NCBI GenBank assembly: GCA_048939995.1
Contig: JBHLOY010000004.1
Location: 192,001-256,000 of the forward strand
Reading direction: 5' to 3'
Origin: Promethearchaeota archaeon
Lineage (GTDB): Archaea > Asgardarchaeota > Lokiarchaeia > Sigyniarchaeales > SOKP01
Length of the DNA: 64,000 bases
Made by a program: the position numbers and the translations under genes. The notes under the pieces are model-generated. The model was not told where the DNA came from, did not search any database, and worked only from the letters and a program-made list of their open reading frames with translations. The first letter of the stretch is position 1, and the number at the start of each line of letters is the position of its first letter. Positions 10,170 to 20,664 of this stretch are shown here, piece after piece.

Positions 10170-11843
10170 TTGTTTGACAAAAATTATCTGTATAGATTAG
10201 AATTAAAAAAGCAAGAATGGGAAGAAAAGTATAAAAAATTAAAGGAAAGAGATGTAAAGTTCGTTACTGATTCAGAAATCCCGATTAAACCTCTTTACAC
10301 TCCATTGGATGTAAAAGGTGATTATTTTGAAAAGGTAGGACTTCCCGGTGAACCTCCATATACAAGGGGAGTTTATCCTTCCATGTATAGAGGGCAATTA
10401 TGGACAATGAGATTATTTTCTGGTCATGGAACACCCGAAGAAACTAATAAAAGATGGAAATATTTATATGAAAACGGAGAAACAGGTTTTAGCGCGGCTG
10501 TTGATGCATTAACATTTAATGGGATCGATCCAACTAACCCAGATGGAGCACCTGAAGTAGGAACCTCTGGCGTTCCATTGTATTGTATTGACAGTCTTTT
10601 TGCTCTTACTGAAGATATTCCAATAGACAAAGTTAGCGTTGCTTTAGTTGTTGAACCATTTACTTGTGCACCAGTTTGTTCAATGTACTTTAATATGGCA
10701 AAAATGCGAGGATATGATATCAAAACCTTAATGGGAACTACTCAAAATGATATTTTAACTATGACTGTAGGATATATTCCTTATAAAAATTGCCCCCCAA
10801 ATCATTTGCTTCGAGTTGCTTGCGATTTTATTGAATGGACTATTGCACAAAAGAATGTACCAAAATGGCATCCAATTAATTTTACGGGATATAATTATCG
10901 AGAAGGCGGAATTGATGCTATTCAAGAGCTTGGTTTCGTATTTGGAAGTGCCTGTTCTCATATTGATAATTTAGTAGAAAGGGGTTGGAAAGCTGATGAT
11001 TTTGTAGGAAGATTGGCTTTTCATTTGGCTGCTCATAAGGATTTTTTTGAAGAGATCGCGAAATTCCGTGCAGCAAGACGAATTTGGTATAAATTGATGA
11101 AGGATAAATATGATGTTAAGGACAAGAAGAACCTCGCATTTAGATTTCATGTACAAACTGCAGGAAGTTCGTTAACTGCTCAGCTTCCTATGATTAATAT
11201 AGTCCGTACAGCGATTCAAGGATTAGAAGCTAATTTAGGTGGGTGTCAATCTTTGCATACCAATTCTTACGATGAAGCTATTTGTTTACCATCTGAAGAG
11301 GCAGCTCTTGTTGCTTTAAGAACTCAACAAGTAGTTGCTGATGAGACAAGAGTCACTAATACCATAGATCCCTTGGCTGGAAGCTATTATGTAGAATGGT
11401 TAACTGATGAGGTGGAAGAAAGAGTATGGAAATACCTCGATAAAATTCAGGGAGTTGGATCTATAGATAAAGCATTATCTACAGGGTGGTTATATAAAGA
11501 GATGAGAGATGCTTTTCATAAGAGACGGATGCGTATTGAAAAGGGAGAAGAAATTATGCTTGGAGTTAATAAATATCCTGTATCATACGATACTGTGACT
11601 GATGTGTTTAGAACTAATAAAGAAGCAATTGATATTGAAGTAAATCGTATTAATAAATTGAAAGCACGTAGAGACAACGCAAAATTAGAAAAGATTATGG
11701 ATAAATTACGTAATGCATGTGAAAAAGAAGAAAATGTGATGCCTTTAGTAATGGAAGCAACTAGAGAAGGTGCAACAGTTGGAGAAGTTTGTGATATTTA
11801 TCGAGAAATTTGGGGTATCTGGGAGCCCCCATTAGCTATTTAA
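10170..11843 (+). CDS. B12-dependent acyl-CoA mutase, large (substrate-binding) subunit, atypical specificity residues
   Basis: PYTRGVYPSMYRGQLWTMR, QNDIL, FFEEIAKFRAARRIW, SLHTNSYDEA, DPLAGSYYVE. Confidence 0.93.
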   Translation: MFDKNYLYRLELKKQEWEEKYKKLKERDVKFVTDSEIPIKPLYTPLDVKGDYFEKVGLPGEPPYTRGVYPSMYRGQLWTMRLFSGHGTPEETNKRWKYLYENGETGFSAAVDALTFNGIDPTNPDGAPEVGTSGVPLYCIDSLFALTEDIPIDKVSVALVVEPFTCAPVCSMYFNMAKMRGYDIKTLMGTTQNDILTMTVGYIPYKNCPPNHLLRVACDFIEWTIAQKNVPKWHPINFTGYNYREGGIDAIQELGFVFGSACSHIDNLVERGWKADDFVGRLAFHLAAHKDFFEEIAKFRAARRIWYKLMKDKYDVKDKKNLAFRFHVQTAGSSLTAQLPMINIVRTAIQGLEANLGGCQSLHTNSYDEAICLPSEEAALVALRTQQVVADETRVTNTIDPLAGSYYVEWLTDEVEERVWKYLDKIQGVGSIDKALSTGWLYKEMRDAFHKRRMRIEKGEEIMLGVNKYPVSYDTVTDVFRTNKEAIDIEVNRINKLKARRDNAKLEKIMDKLRNACEKEENVMPLVMEATREGATVGEVCDIYREIWGIWEPPLAI

Positions 11844-11857
11844 TTGAGGTGCTTAAG

Positions 11858-12256
11858 TTGAGCGATAAAAAGATACGAATTCTAATGTCTAAACCAGGAA
11901 TAGATGGCCACTGGCGCGGAGGAATCGTAGTATCACGTGCTTTAAGGGATGCTGGAATGGAATTAATATTTGGAGGGTTCCAGAATGTAGAGCAAATTGT
12001 AGAAGCTGCTATCCAGGAAGATGTAGACGTAATAGGTCTGAGTATCCACTCTGGGGCGCATTTTGCGTATACTCAAAACGTAATTGATCTTTTAAAAGAA
12101 CGAGGTGTGTTCGATCATATAATGATCCTTGTTGGTGGGGTAATACCAGCTAAAGATTTCAATAAGTTAAAGGAAATGGGTGTTGCGAACGTGTATGGTC
12201 CTGGATCAATGACTTCAGATATAGTAGATTTTATAAGAACACATGTCAAAAAATAA
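11858..12256 (+). CDS. Acyl-CoA mutase small cobalamin-binding subunit
   Basis: KPGIDGHWRG (DxHxxG), QEDVDVIGLS, VGGVIP; GAGGTG SD before TTG at 11858. Confidence 0.92.
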   Translation: MSDKKIRILMSKPGIDGHWRGGIVVSRALRDAGMELIFGGFQNVEQIVEAAIQEDVDVIGLSIHSGAHFAYTQNVIDLLKERGVFDHIMILVGGVIPAKDFNKLKEMGVANVYGPGSMTSDIVDFIRTHVKK

Positions 12257-12307
12257 AAAAAACATGTAATATTTTTTTAATTTGTCTAATTTAAATAGCC
12301 TTTCATT

Positions 12308-13300
12308 TTGCGGGGAAATATAAGTTTGAAAGATATGCATGATATCGATAATCTGGTAGAAAAATTTAAGAAGAAAGATAAAATAGCATTAGCAAGGTTA
12401 ATTTCTGTCATTGAAAATGAACCTGAAGAGGTTTATGAGATTTTTAAACGTTTTGAAGGTATTAAACATGATTCTTATATTATAGGAATAACAGGTTCTC
12501 CAGGTGTAGGCAAAAGTACTCTAACTGGGGCATTAACCCAAAGATTTTTAGAAGAGGGTAAATCTGTTGGAATAATTTGTGTAGACCCGACATCTCCTTT
12601 CAGTGGAGGTGCTTTTTTAGGCGATCGTGTGCGAATGTCTAACATCTCTTTACATCCAAATGTATTTTTACGTAGTCTTGCTTCAAGAGGCTATAAAGGC
12701 GGAATTTCAAGAGCAGTTTTTGATATTAGCCTTTTATATGAGGCATGGGGGATGGATATAATAATTATAGAGACGGTGGGCGTTGGACAAGCAGAGTTTG
12801 ATGTATATGATCTAGCATATACTATTGTTGTTGTTCTTGTGCCTGGATATGGCGATGCAATTCAAATGCAGAAAGCAGGGATTATTGAAATAGGTGATAT
12901 TTATGATATTAACAAAAAAGATTTGGGTGGAGAAGATATAGCAGTTCAAATCGAAATGATGCTTGATGATACGATTTTTCAAAGTGGTTGGAGGCCACCA
13001 GTAATTATGACAGATGCGATTAATAGTGAGGGAATTGAAGAACTTCTCCAAAATATTAAGGATCATAAAAATCATGTTGAATTGTCAGGACTTATAAATG
13101 AGAAGAGAAAAACCCGTTTTAGGTATAAAATTAAGGAATTAATCTATTCTAAGGTGGAAGAATTAGTCTCTAAAAGTCTCATTGATGAAAATGAGATTAA
13201 TAACATAATAAACAATGCGTTAGATGATGGGAAATTTAAAATTTATCGTTCTATCCATGATAAATTTGAAAATATTAACTTTGAAATAAAAAAGAAATAA
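12308..13300 (+). CDS. meaB: MeaB/ArgK GTPase, mutase chaperone
   Basis: GITGSPGVGKST, VDPTSPFSGGAFLGDRVRM, IIETVGVGQ, NKKD. Confidence 0.93.
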   Translation: MRGNISLKDMHDIDNLVEKFKKKDKIALARLISVIENEPEEVYEIFKRFEGIKHDSYIIGITGSPGVGKSTLTGALTQRFLEEGKSVGIICVDPTSPFSGGAFLGDRVRMSNISLHPNVFLRSLASRGYKGGISRAVFDISLLYEAWGMDIIIIETVGVGQAEFDVYDLAYTIVVVLVPGYGDAIQMQKAGIIEIGDIYDINKKDLGGEDIAVQIEMMLDDTIFQSGWRPPVIMTDAINSEGIEELLQNIKDHKNHVELSGLINEKRKTRFRYKIKELIYSKVEELVSKSLIDENEINNIINNALDDGKFKIYRSIHDKFENINFEIKKK

Positions 13301-13302
13301 AA

Positions 13303-14082
13303 TTAATTTGATAAGAAATTCATAACTATTTCATTGAATTCCTCTGGTTTCTCAATAGCAACAGCATGTCCAGCATCTTTAATTTCTATAAACTTTGCGT
13401 TTGGAAGTAGTGCAGTGTATTCTTCTTTAATGGAAGAAGGAGCATAATCTTGATCAGATCCAATAATCAATGTTGGACATTTAATCTTGTCTAAGTGATC
13501 TCGAATACTCCAGCCAATTAATGCACGCATTGCTGAAAGATATGCTTTCTTATCATTTTCTTGCCATCTTTCGATTAATTTCTGACGCAAATCTTCTTGC
13601 TCAGGTTTTATAAACAATCTTGGGGCAAGAACTTGTCCCATTTTTTTCATTCCGACTAATCTTACGATAGAAATGCGCTTAAATGCTTCTAATTTCATCT
13701 TAAATGAGTCTGCTGGTATTTCAATACCCGCATTAACAATTATAAGGCTTTTCACTAATTCGGGATAATCTACAGCAAATTGAAATGCAATTCCTCCTCC
13801 TAAGGATATTCCTAGAATATGTGTTGAAGTAACCCCTATTATTTCAAGTAATTCTGCAATATCTTTGGCAAACATCTGCATATTATAAGGTCCCTTCGGT
13901 TTGTCTGTTTTTCCATGGCCTCTAAGATCTATGGTGATAACCTGATATTTCTGAGAAAAAGTTGGTACTTGAAATTCCCAATCACGAGTGCTTGAACCTA
14001 ATCCATGAATCAATAGTAAGGGTTCACCCTCTCCAGTCGACTCATAGTACATTTTAATATCACTAACCTTCTGTTTTGGCAT
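13303..14082 (-). CDS. Alpha/beta hydrolase (enol-lactonase-like)
   Basis: LIHGLG, DLRGHG, GISLGG, DAGH; probable start ATG 14082. Confidence 0.88.
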   Translation of the reverse strand: MPKQKVSDIKMYYESTGEGEPLLLIHGLGSSTRDWEFQVPTFSQKYQVITIDLRGHGKTDKPKGPYNMQMFAKDIAELLEIIGVTSTHILGISLGGGIAFQFAVDYPELVKSLIIVNAGIEIPADSFKMKLEAFKRISIVRLVGMKKMGQVLAPRLFIKPEQEDLRQKLIERWQENDKKAYLSAMRALIGWSIRDHLDKIKCPTLIIGSDQDYAPSSIKEEYTALLPNAKFIEIKDAGHAVAIEKPEEFNEIVMNFLSN

Positions 14083-14425
14083 AAAAAGACCTGTTAATAT
14101 TTTTGTGATTAATATTAATTCAATCTTATGACATTTAAAAGGTTTGTAAAGGCTAGATAAGTGCACCTAATCAATTAAATGAGAAAGAAAAAACTCATTG
14201 AAATAATAGAATTAGGTAAATAAATTCCAATAAATTGTAATTTAAAAAATATTTTGTAATTTGCCTTTTCCTCTCTCTTGTTTTGGGCAGCTTAAATTTC
14301 ATTAATGGATCCTTCCATTTTTTTTAGGGTAATAAATTATACTTTGTATTACAAGTGCACCAATAAGTTTTATAAGCATGATATTAACTTTCTTGTTAAG
14401 TCCATAAATTATGGAGTGAAAAAAA

Positions 14426-15001
14426 ATGAGTTATAGAAGTGACAAAATTAAAAATAAGATAATATCAATCACAACTAGCCTCTCTTCAATTTTTATTCCA
14501 ATTTTTCAGTATGTACCCGCAACCGCAGTATGGTTTGGTATAATGAGTGTTCCAATTGTTGCTTACATTTTCTACTTCTTTCAAAATCCAAGCATTCTAA
14601 TTTACGATTTACTGTTTCTATTTAGGACACCAGGGATATACATCACTTTGTTTGGTTTTACAATTTATTTATATTCTTTTATTTTTCAATTGACTCATAG
14701 AAAACAATTAATTAATAAAGGACCTTATAAAATTATTAGACACCCTCAATATGTTGCATTTATAATTATGACTTTTGGGATGACGTTAGTTGTATTTCAA
14801 ACTACCCCAATATCGTATTTTCCTATATTAGACACCTATTCAGTTATTTTAATTATTTGGCTTATAGAAGTTCTGGCTTATATAATATTGGCTAAAATTG
14901 AAGATTTTGCTTTGAAGTATAAGTTTGGTGATGAGTTTATTGAGTATAAAAATTCTGTGGGTTTTATGTTACCGCGTATTGCTCTAAAAAAGAAGCATTA
15001 G
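14426..15001 (+). CDS. ICMT/PEMT-family membrane methyltransferase
   Basis: GPYKIIRHPQY, EDFALKYKFGDEFIEYK. Confidence 0.8.
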   Translation: MSYRSDKIKNKIISITTSLSSIFIPIFQYVPATAVWFGIMSVPIVAYIFYFFQNPSILIYDLLFLFRTPGIYITLFGFTIYLYSFIFQLTHRKQLINKGPYKIIRHPQYVAFIIMTFGMTLVVFQTTPISYFPILDTYSVILIIWLIEVLAYIILAKIEDFALKYKFGDEFIEYKNSVGFMLPRIALKKKH

Positions 15002-15055
15002 TGGATATAAAAAAATAAATTTAAAGTCTTTAATTAACCATTTTTTTTATTTAAT

Positions 15056-15814
15056 ATGGGTTGGAAAGAAAAGGTATGGAAATATAGTCGGTTGTTTTAT
15101 GTCAAACTATCTATAATAATTTCTTTCATTTTTATTTCTTTATTAGCTATTATTGTCCTTGTTTCTTCATATGGAGTGTTTTTTGAACCGAGCGATTATA
15201 TATGGTTATTGGTTGGAGCTTTATCATTTTTCATTATAATTTTAATATCTTACTTTATTGTTATAACTGTTAATCAATACAAGGACTATTTCAGAAGAAA
15301 AAGTATTATATCTGAAAGATTCACCTATTTAACTTTCGATGATGTATTTAAGAATGAGAAACGGAAAAAAATAATCGAAAGAATTCTAACTGAACCTGGA
15401 ATTCACAATAATGAGCTCCTTAGACAATGTAATTTACAAAAAGGGCAATTACAATGGCATCTTGAAGTACTTTTAGAGTATGGGATAATAAAAAAAGAAA
15501 AGTTAGGGCAATATATTACATTTTTTCCAACATTCACAGATAAGACACAAGAAAAAAGCCTACGTAGACTAATTGCTAAATCAAAAACTACCTTAGAGAT
15601 TTTAGATCTTATTGAAAATAATCCTGGGATTAATTCATTTTCAATCGCTAAAAAATTAAATATCACTCGAAGCTCTGTAAAGTATCATATTGATAAATTA
15701 TCAAGAAAGAATATAATTTCATTATTCCGTCAAGGAAGAGAAATAAAATTATTTATAAATCAGGAAGAAATTCCAGCACTAAACTCATTATCATCTAAAA
15801 GGCTGAACGATTGA
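15056..15814 (+). CDS. Membrane-anchored tandem winged-HTH transcriptional regulator
   Basis: 2 N-terminal TM helices; two wHTH repeats (EPGIHNNEL..QWHL; NPGINSFSIA..KYHI). Confidence 0.8.
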   Translation: MGWKEKVWKYSRLFYVKLSIIISFIFISLLAIIVLVSSYGVFFEPSDYIWLLVGALSFFIIILISYFIVITVNQYKDYFRRKSIISERFTYLTFDDVFKNEKRKKIIERILTEPGIHNNELLRQCNLQKGQLQWHLEVLLEYGIIKKEKLGQYITFFPTFTDKTQEKSLRRLIAKSKTTLEILDLIENNPGINSFSIAKKLNITRSSVKYHIDKLSRKNIISLFRQGREIKLFINQEEIPALNSLSSKRLND

Positions 15815-15877
15815 TTGGAGATATAATCGATGAGATCCAATCAGAATAATGAGCTTTTTCAATTCTTTTTTATCCTT

Positions 15878-16756
15878 TTATTTTAATAATTTAGGAAACT
15901 TATTTTCCATTTTTAATTCTTCTTGAATAATTTCATTCAATAAATCTTCTCGTTCTTTTCCAGCAAGCACTTCTAATTTTCTAATGCTTAATGGATCAAC
16001 TCTTTCCCTTAAAATTTTGATTTCATTTACAGTAGGAGGTGTCGTCTTTTTTAGATTATCGTTAATTAATAATTCAAATCCTGTTGATTCTTTTACACTT
16101 TCAATGCTTACACCCGGATGAATAGATATGACTCTCATACTTTTACTTACTTTATCAAAGTCTAAATAAGCTAAATTTGTTATTACGCATTGAGGACCGG
16201 AACCTCCACATATAGATGATTTACCATCTTGAAATCCTACTCCTGAAATAAAAAATAGCTTCTCAGTTGGAACAAAGGTTCTTGTATCATGTCGAGGAGT
16301 ATATAAAAATGAACCGCGAGAATAAAACATACTAAAATCTGCTATTCCAGCACAACCAGGAAGTCTAACTTTGGGTTTTTCCCAATTTCCTATACAGATG
16401 TTATTAGTATTTCCATATTGATCGATTTGTGCTGGTCTAAAAAATTCTATAGTTGTTAATTTATCAGAAGGTAATGATTCAAGTGTGCATTCTACTGAAT
16501 TTTGGAATCGATAAGCTCTAGCTGTATTCATTTCTAAATAGAGAAGAGACACTTGACGAGGCTCTAAAACAAATGTATTACCCATAATATAATGATAAAT
16601 AGCATCAGTTGCATGGGTTAGTTTCGCTAAAGTAAAAGCAGCCCAGACCATAGGAGTGGCAACACCAACAATCATAACATCATCATTTCTTACCTCCCTT
16701 GCCATTAAGATTGTCATTATTTCATCTACACTATAATCTTTTGAATATTCAGTCAT
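15878..16756 (-). CDS. Family I CoA-transferase-like beta subunit (GctB/AibB-like), catalytic Glu absent
   Basis: AQIDQYGNTN, RLPGCAG, VITNLA, SIHPGVS; ATG at 16756 after GAGGG. Confidence 0.85.
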   Translation of the reverse strand: MTEYSKDYSVDEIMTILMAREVRNDDVMIVGVATPMVWAAFTLAKLTHATDAIYHYIMGNTFVLEPRQVSLLYLEMNTARAYRFQNSVECTLESLPSDKLTTIEFFRPAQIDQYGNTNNICIGNWEKPKVRLPGCAGIADFSMFYSRGSFLYTPRHDTRTFVPTEKLFFISGVGFQDGKSSICGGSGPQCVITNLAYLDFDKVSKSMRVISIHPGVSIESVKESTGFELLINDNLKKTTPPTVNEIKILRERVDPLSIRKLEVLAGKEREDLLNEIIQEELKMENKFPKLLK

Positions 16757-16772
16757 TTTTTCCCTCTTTAAT

Positions 16773-17573
16773 CTAACTTTTAATCCAATCATTAATTGCA
16801 ATTTTAACAGAGCGGCGCATTTCCTTTGAGTAATCTGCAGCCAATTTTGCAAAATAAAATTTTTGTCCTATATTTTTAGCATATTTTATATAATAGCCTC
16901 GTTCCACTCCTTCAAACATTTCGTTAAAATCTTGTTTATTTAATCTTTTATATTGGTTAATGAAATGAATAAATTTTTGAGGAAATCGAGGTTGTAATGG
17001 AATATGCTCCTTATCACCTTTAGGGTAACCAAAACAGACCATAGTGATAGGAAATACCCATTTAGACAAGTTAAGAAGCTCACGATGGATTTCAATATTT
17101 TCTATAATATCACCAATATAACATGAACCGATCCCTAAAGCTTCAGCTGTTATTACCGCATTTTGGGCTGCAATTAAGGCATCGCAACAAGCAAGAAGTA
17201 AATCAGATTCTTGAGGTGTCTCAAAATTCAAACCCATCTCAGCGCATAATTCTTCTACCTCGCAAACATTAAAATAATCCCACCATCTTTGCATATCAGC
17301 TAGAAATACTAAGACTAAAGGTGCCTTAGCTATGTGAGGTTGATTATCGCATGTTTTCGCTAATTTATTTTTTATGTCTTGGTCAGTCACTTGAATAATA
17401 GAATAAAACATCATATTTCCTGCTGTTGGTGCTCTCATTGCTCCATGGATAATTAAATCTATTTCTTCTTGGCTAAGATTTTTTGAATTGTATGCGCGAA
17501 TTGTTCTTCTCTTCTCTATTAAATCTATCGTTTGATAATCTTTTTTATTTATTTTCATATTAACACACATCAA
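16773..17573 (-). CDS. Nitroreductase (NfsA/Frp-like)
   Basis: RRTIRAY, APTAGN, AEALGIGSCYIG, FGYP. Confidence 0.88.
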   Translation of the reverse strand: MMCVNMKINKKDYQTIDLIEKRRTIRAYNSKNLSQEEIDLIIHGAMRAPTAGNMMFYSIIQVTDQDIKNKLAKTCDNQPHIAKAPLVLVFLADMQRWWDYFNVCEVEELCAEMGLNFETPQESDLLLACCDALIAAQNAVITAEALGIGSCYIGDIIENIEIHRELLNLSKWVFPITMVCFGYPKGDKEHIPLQPRFPQKFIHFINQYKRLNKQDFNEMFEGVERGYYIKYAKNIGQKFYFAKLAADYSKEMRRSVKIAINDWIKS

Positions 17574-17581
17574 TACTAATT

Positions 17582-18442
17582 TTATAACAATATATTAAGA
17601 ATAGTTTGTATTCCTCCTGCTTCCTCGAGATATTGCGTATGATTCTTACCAAAAATGAACTTATTTTTATATTCTTCAAATGTCAATTTAAGATATTCTT
17701 GAATATGGAGAGGATCAAATGTATATATGGGATAACAACTTGTAGGATGCGCTCCAAATGGAGACCTGACTACTGCACTAGTAGTTTGCATCGGAAGTTG
17801 AGCTTTTCCAGGTGAATACCTAATATCTTCAGTTTCAACAAGTTTTTCACATATAATTATTGTTTTTTTGGCTGTTTTTGCCATATCATCGTCCATCCAA
17901 ACTGCTCCAGCAATATTTCCATTTCCGCACTCATCAGCATAAGGTACATGCAAAATAGCAACATCCAAATCAATTTTAGGGACTGCCATAACTTGAACTC
18001 CTGAACCAAGTGGATCTTCAATTTGTTTAATATCTTTTCGAACTTTAGAAAAATCAGTACCGATAATCCCTTTCAAAGGCATAAAAGGTACTTTTAGATA
18101 AGACGCTCTTAATCCTAAAGCAATCGTCGCCTCACTTTCTTCAGATATCTTAACAGAACCAGATTCTACCGCGTTCTTATAGTTAGGAGCCATACCAAAT
18201 ATTTCAACTGAAACGAAACATGATTTTACCTCAGAAACACATTCAGCTCCAATTAACATATCCACTTCAATTCCACCCACAAAAGTGCATATTGTTAATT
18301 TCTTTTTATTTTGTTTAATAATCTCCCTACAGGCACTAATTGGTTTTCTCCAAAATGACAATCCTCCAAATCCAACAAGATCACCATCTTGAATGAATGT
18401 TGAGACGGCATCACTTAAGGACATTAATTTACTTTTTCTCAT
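17582..18442 (-). CDS. Family I CoA-transferase-like alpha subunit (GctA/AibA-like)
   Basis: KLMSLSDAV, DGDLVGFGG, DMLIGA, GAHPTSC. Confidence 0.87.
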   Translation of the reverse strand: MRKSKLMSLSDAVSTFIQDGDLVGFGGLSFWRKPISACREIIKQNKKKLTICTFVGGIEVDMLIGAECVSEVKSCFVSVEIFGMAPNYKNAVESGSVKISEESEATIALGLRASYLKVPFMPLKGIIGTDFSKVRKDIKQIEDPLGSGVQVMAVPKIDLDVAILHVPYADECGNGNIAGAVWMDDDMAKTAKKTIIICEKLVETEDIRYSPGKAQLPMQTTSAVVRSPFGAHPTSCYPIYTFDPLHIQEYLKLTFEEYKNKFIFGKNHTQYLEEAGGIQTILNILL

Positions 18443-18568
18443 TAGTAATCTCTCGATACAAAAATAGCTATAATAAAATACTTTACAATTATAATTTTTT
18501 ATCTAATTAAAATTAATATGAATATAGTTAATTATTCTAATTTTGGATTGTGAAAATATTAAGTATAT

Positions 18569-19336
18569 TTAATTCTTTTTCACTTTTTCTAATTGTTCTT
18601 TTAATTTGATAAAGTATTCGGGAGTTCCCAACTTAAAAGGGATGGGATAACGAGTTCCAAATTTGTGAGTTTCTTCCATTCCATGAATTATATCATTAAT
18701 CAAAGCAAATGGGATTGAAGCTATTAAATCTGAATCTTTTGCCATTCCATAACGACGATCCCCTAAGCACGGAAAAGCAATTTGTAAATCATCTGTCAAT
18801 ATGGGATTTGAAATTGTATCGGCGCACACTCCATCACAAAATGTTGTTATTGAAATTCTCCCCCCTTTTTTCCATAAATATCCTTGGATAATGCGCATAA
18901 TCTGAGCTGAGTTTCCCCAAATCAATAATAAATCCGGCTTGAAATCTATTCGATGCAAAGCCCCAGCAACAATAGCATTGTATTTACCAAATGGAATTTT
19001 AGGAATACTTGCTGTAGTTTTTTTGGCAGCCTCTTTAGTTTCATTATATCTTCCGATGAAAAAAGCCCCTTCCTCAAAAAGTTTATGTGATCCTTCAAAT
19101 CCAAGCGATATTCCAGCGAGAGGACATAGATTATCCTCTTTTGTGCAACCCATTGTCCATCCATAATATCGTGCATAACTAAAAATTTGACAAATAACTA
19201 ATTTCTCTTCAGGTTTTTTAAGAAATTTTATTTTGTCAAGTTCTTTTGAATCTTCTAATAGCTTGACGCCAATAGGAAAAGTACTTAATCGTAAGTATTT
19301 ATTTAATTTAGTATCTAATTGTTTTAAATCTTCCAT
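18569..19336 (-). CDS. DUF169-family protein
   Basis: LRLSTFPIGVKL, CQ, CPLA, C-x3-C, PCLGDR. Confidence 0.8.
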   Translation of the reverse strand: MEDLKQLDTKLNKYLRLSTFPIGVKLLEDSKELDKIKFLKKPEEKLVICQIFSYARYYGWTMGCTKEDNLCPLAGISLGFEGSHKLFEEGAFFIGRYNETKEAAKKTTASIPKIPFGKYNAIVAGALHRIDFKPDLLLIWGNSAQIMRIIQGYLWKKGGRISITTFCDGVCADTISNPILTDDLQIAFPCLGDRRYGMAKDSDLIASIPFALINDIIHGMEETHKFGTRYPIPFKLGTPEYFIKLKEQLEKVKKN

Positions 19337-19352
19337 AAAATCTTCTCATTTA

Positions 19353-20474
19353 TTATATTTTTAGGATCTTACTCTTTCTTTGACTTATTCTGTCAAATAA
19401 ATCGTCCATAGTTGGAAATGGCATAAATTGCTTATCTTTCTTTTTTAATTCAATTGCTTCTGAAGGACACTTTACAATGCAATTTCCACATCCAATACAA
19501 CGTTTCTGAATAATAGATGATAATTCATTTTCCAAAATAATTGCTTCCATCGGACAAGTCTCCTTGCATGTTCCACAACCTGTACAGAGTTCAGGATCCA
19601 CTTCAGCAAAATAGTTTGAAATTGTTAGTTGTCCTGGATTTGGAAGCTTCACATATCTGGATAAGGATTCACAACAACAACTACAACAACTACAAATAAA
19701 ACATAACTGTTGAGAATTATCTGGTTGAAGGACTAATCCATCTTCTTGGTTTTGTAGTAAGATGTTTAGTGCTTCATCCTTTGTTATTTCACGTCCCCAA
19801 CCTTGCTCGATATAAAGTTTAGCTCCGAAACCGAATCCTAGACAAAGTTCTCTCCGTGAAGTAAGTTCACATGATTCTTCCATAATGTCTTTCAATTGCC
19901 TACAAATACAATTAGTAACCATAAATGGACCTTCAGTAGTTTCAATAAGTTCTTTCAAATCATCATAAAAGCTGACATTTTGTTTAATATTGATACTTTT
20001 TTCAACTGGTATTGTACGCAATTGAGCTCCTTTCACTCGGAATGCTTCTTTTAGCCATCCTTCATCAAAATAATCGTGGAAATCTTTAATGAACTCTTTG
20101 GGAAAGTTATCAAGCTTATTCACTTGGAATTCAAATATTCCAACCATTAAAAGTGCATTACCATAGAACTTAACACCATTTTCTTTTTTGAACATGATTA
20201 GACCCTTTTTAGTCATACAATCAAGTTTCTCTTCTAAGTCCTCCTTCGAGATATTTTTATTTTTAACTCGCTCATAGATAGTGTCTAATGTTTCGAGATC
20301 ACGATTCCAGCCAAATCGTAATAACATAGCAGTTTCAGCTTCATCAGGACTAAATAAATGCTTTAATAATCGTATATCAGATCCTGATTTGGTTCGTGGA
20401 AAACCAATGGGCATTTTATCAAGATGTAATTGAAGTCTTCTGTAAACATCTTTCTCCTCTGTATTTGAACTCAT
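19353..20474 (-). CDS. 4Fe-4S dicluster-domain protein with Cys-rich core
   Basis: CICR, ICSCCSCCC, CTGCGTCKETCP, CIGCGNCIVKCP. Confidence 0.85.
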   Translation of the reverse strand: MSSNTEEKDVYRRLQLHLDKMPIGFPRTKSGSDIRLLKHLFSPDEAETAMLLRFGWNRDLETLDTIYERVKNKNISKEDLEEKLDCMTKKGLIMFKKENGVKFYGNALLMVGIFEFQVNKLDNFPKEFIKDFHDYFDEGWLKEAFRVKGAQLRTIPVEKSINIKQNVSFYDDLKELIETTEGPFMVTNCICRQLKDIMEESCELTSRRELCLGFGFGAKLYIEQGWGREITKDEALNILLQNQEDGLVLQPDNSQQLCFICSCCSCCCESLSRYVKLPNPGQLTISNYFAEVDPELCTGCGTCKETCPMEAIILENELSSIIQKRCIGCGNCIVKCPSEAIELKKKDKQFMPFPTMDDLFDRISQRKSKILKI

Positions 20475-20664
20475 ATTTAGATTCTTGACCCTTTTTTATA
20501 TAAAAAATAATTAAATGATGAAATATTTCCAATCTTAAATTTATTTTTTATTCCTTTTTAAACTAAAAAGAAGGATTATTATTAGTAAAATAGGCAAAGT
20601 TTAAACCACATTTAATCTGATTCTGTCTCTTCTTGCATCTAAATTAAATTCGATCTATCTCACA

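Noticed and set aside
9663-15845. ATCCAATCAGA repeated at 9663 and 15835 (similar text near 1422), each downstream of a minus-strand gene
   Set aside because: An 11-bp match is expected by chance in AT-rich DNA and there is no consistent structure
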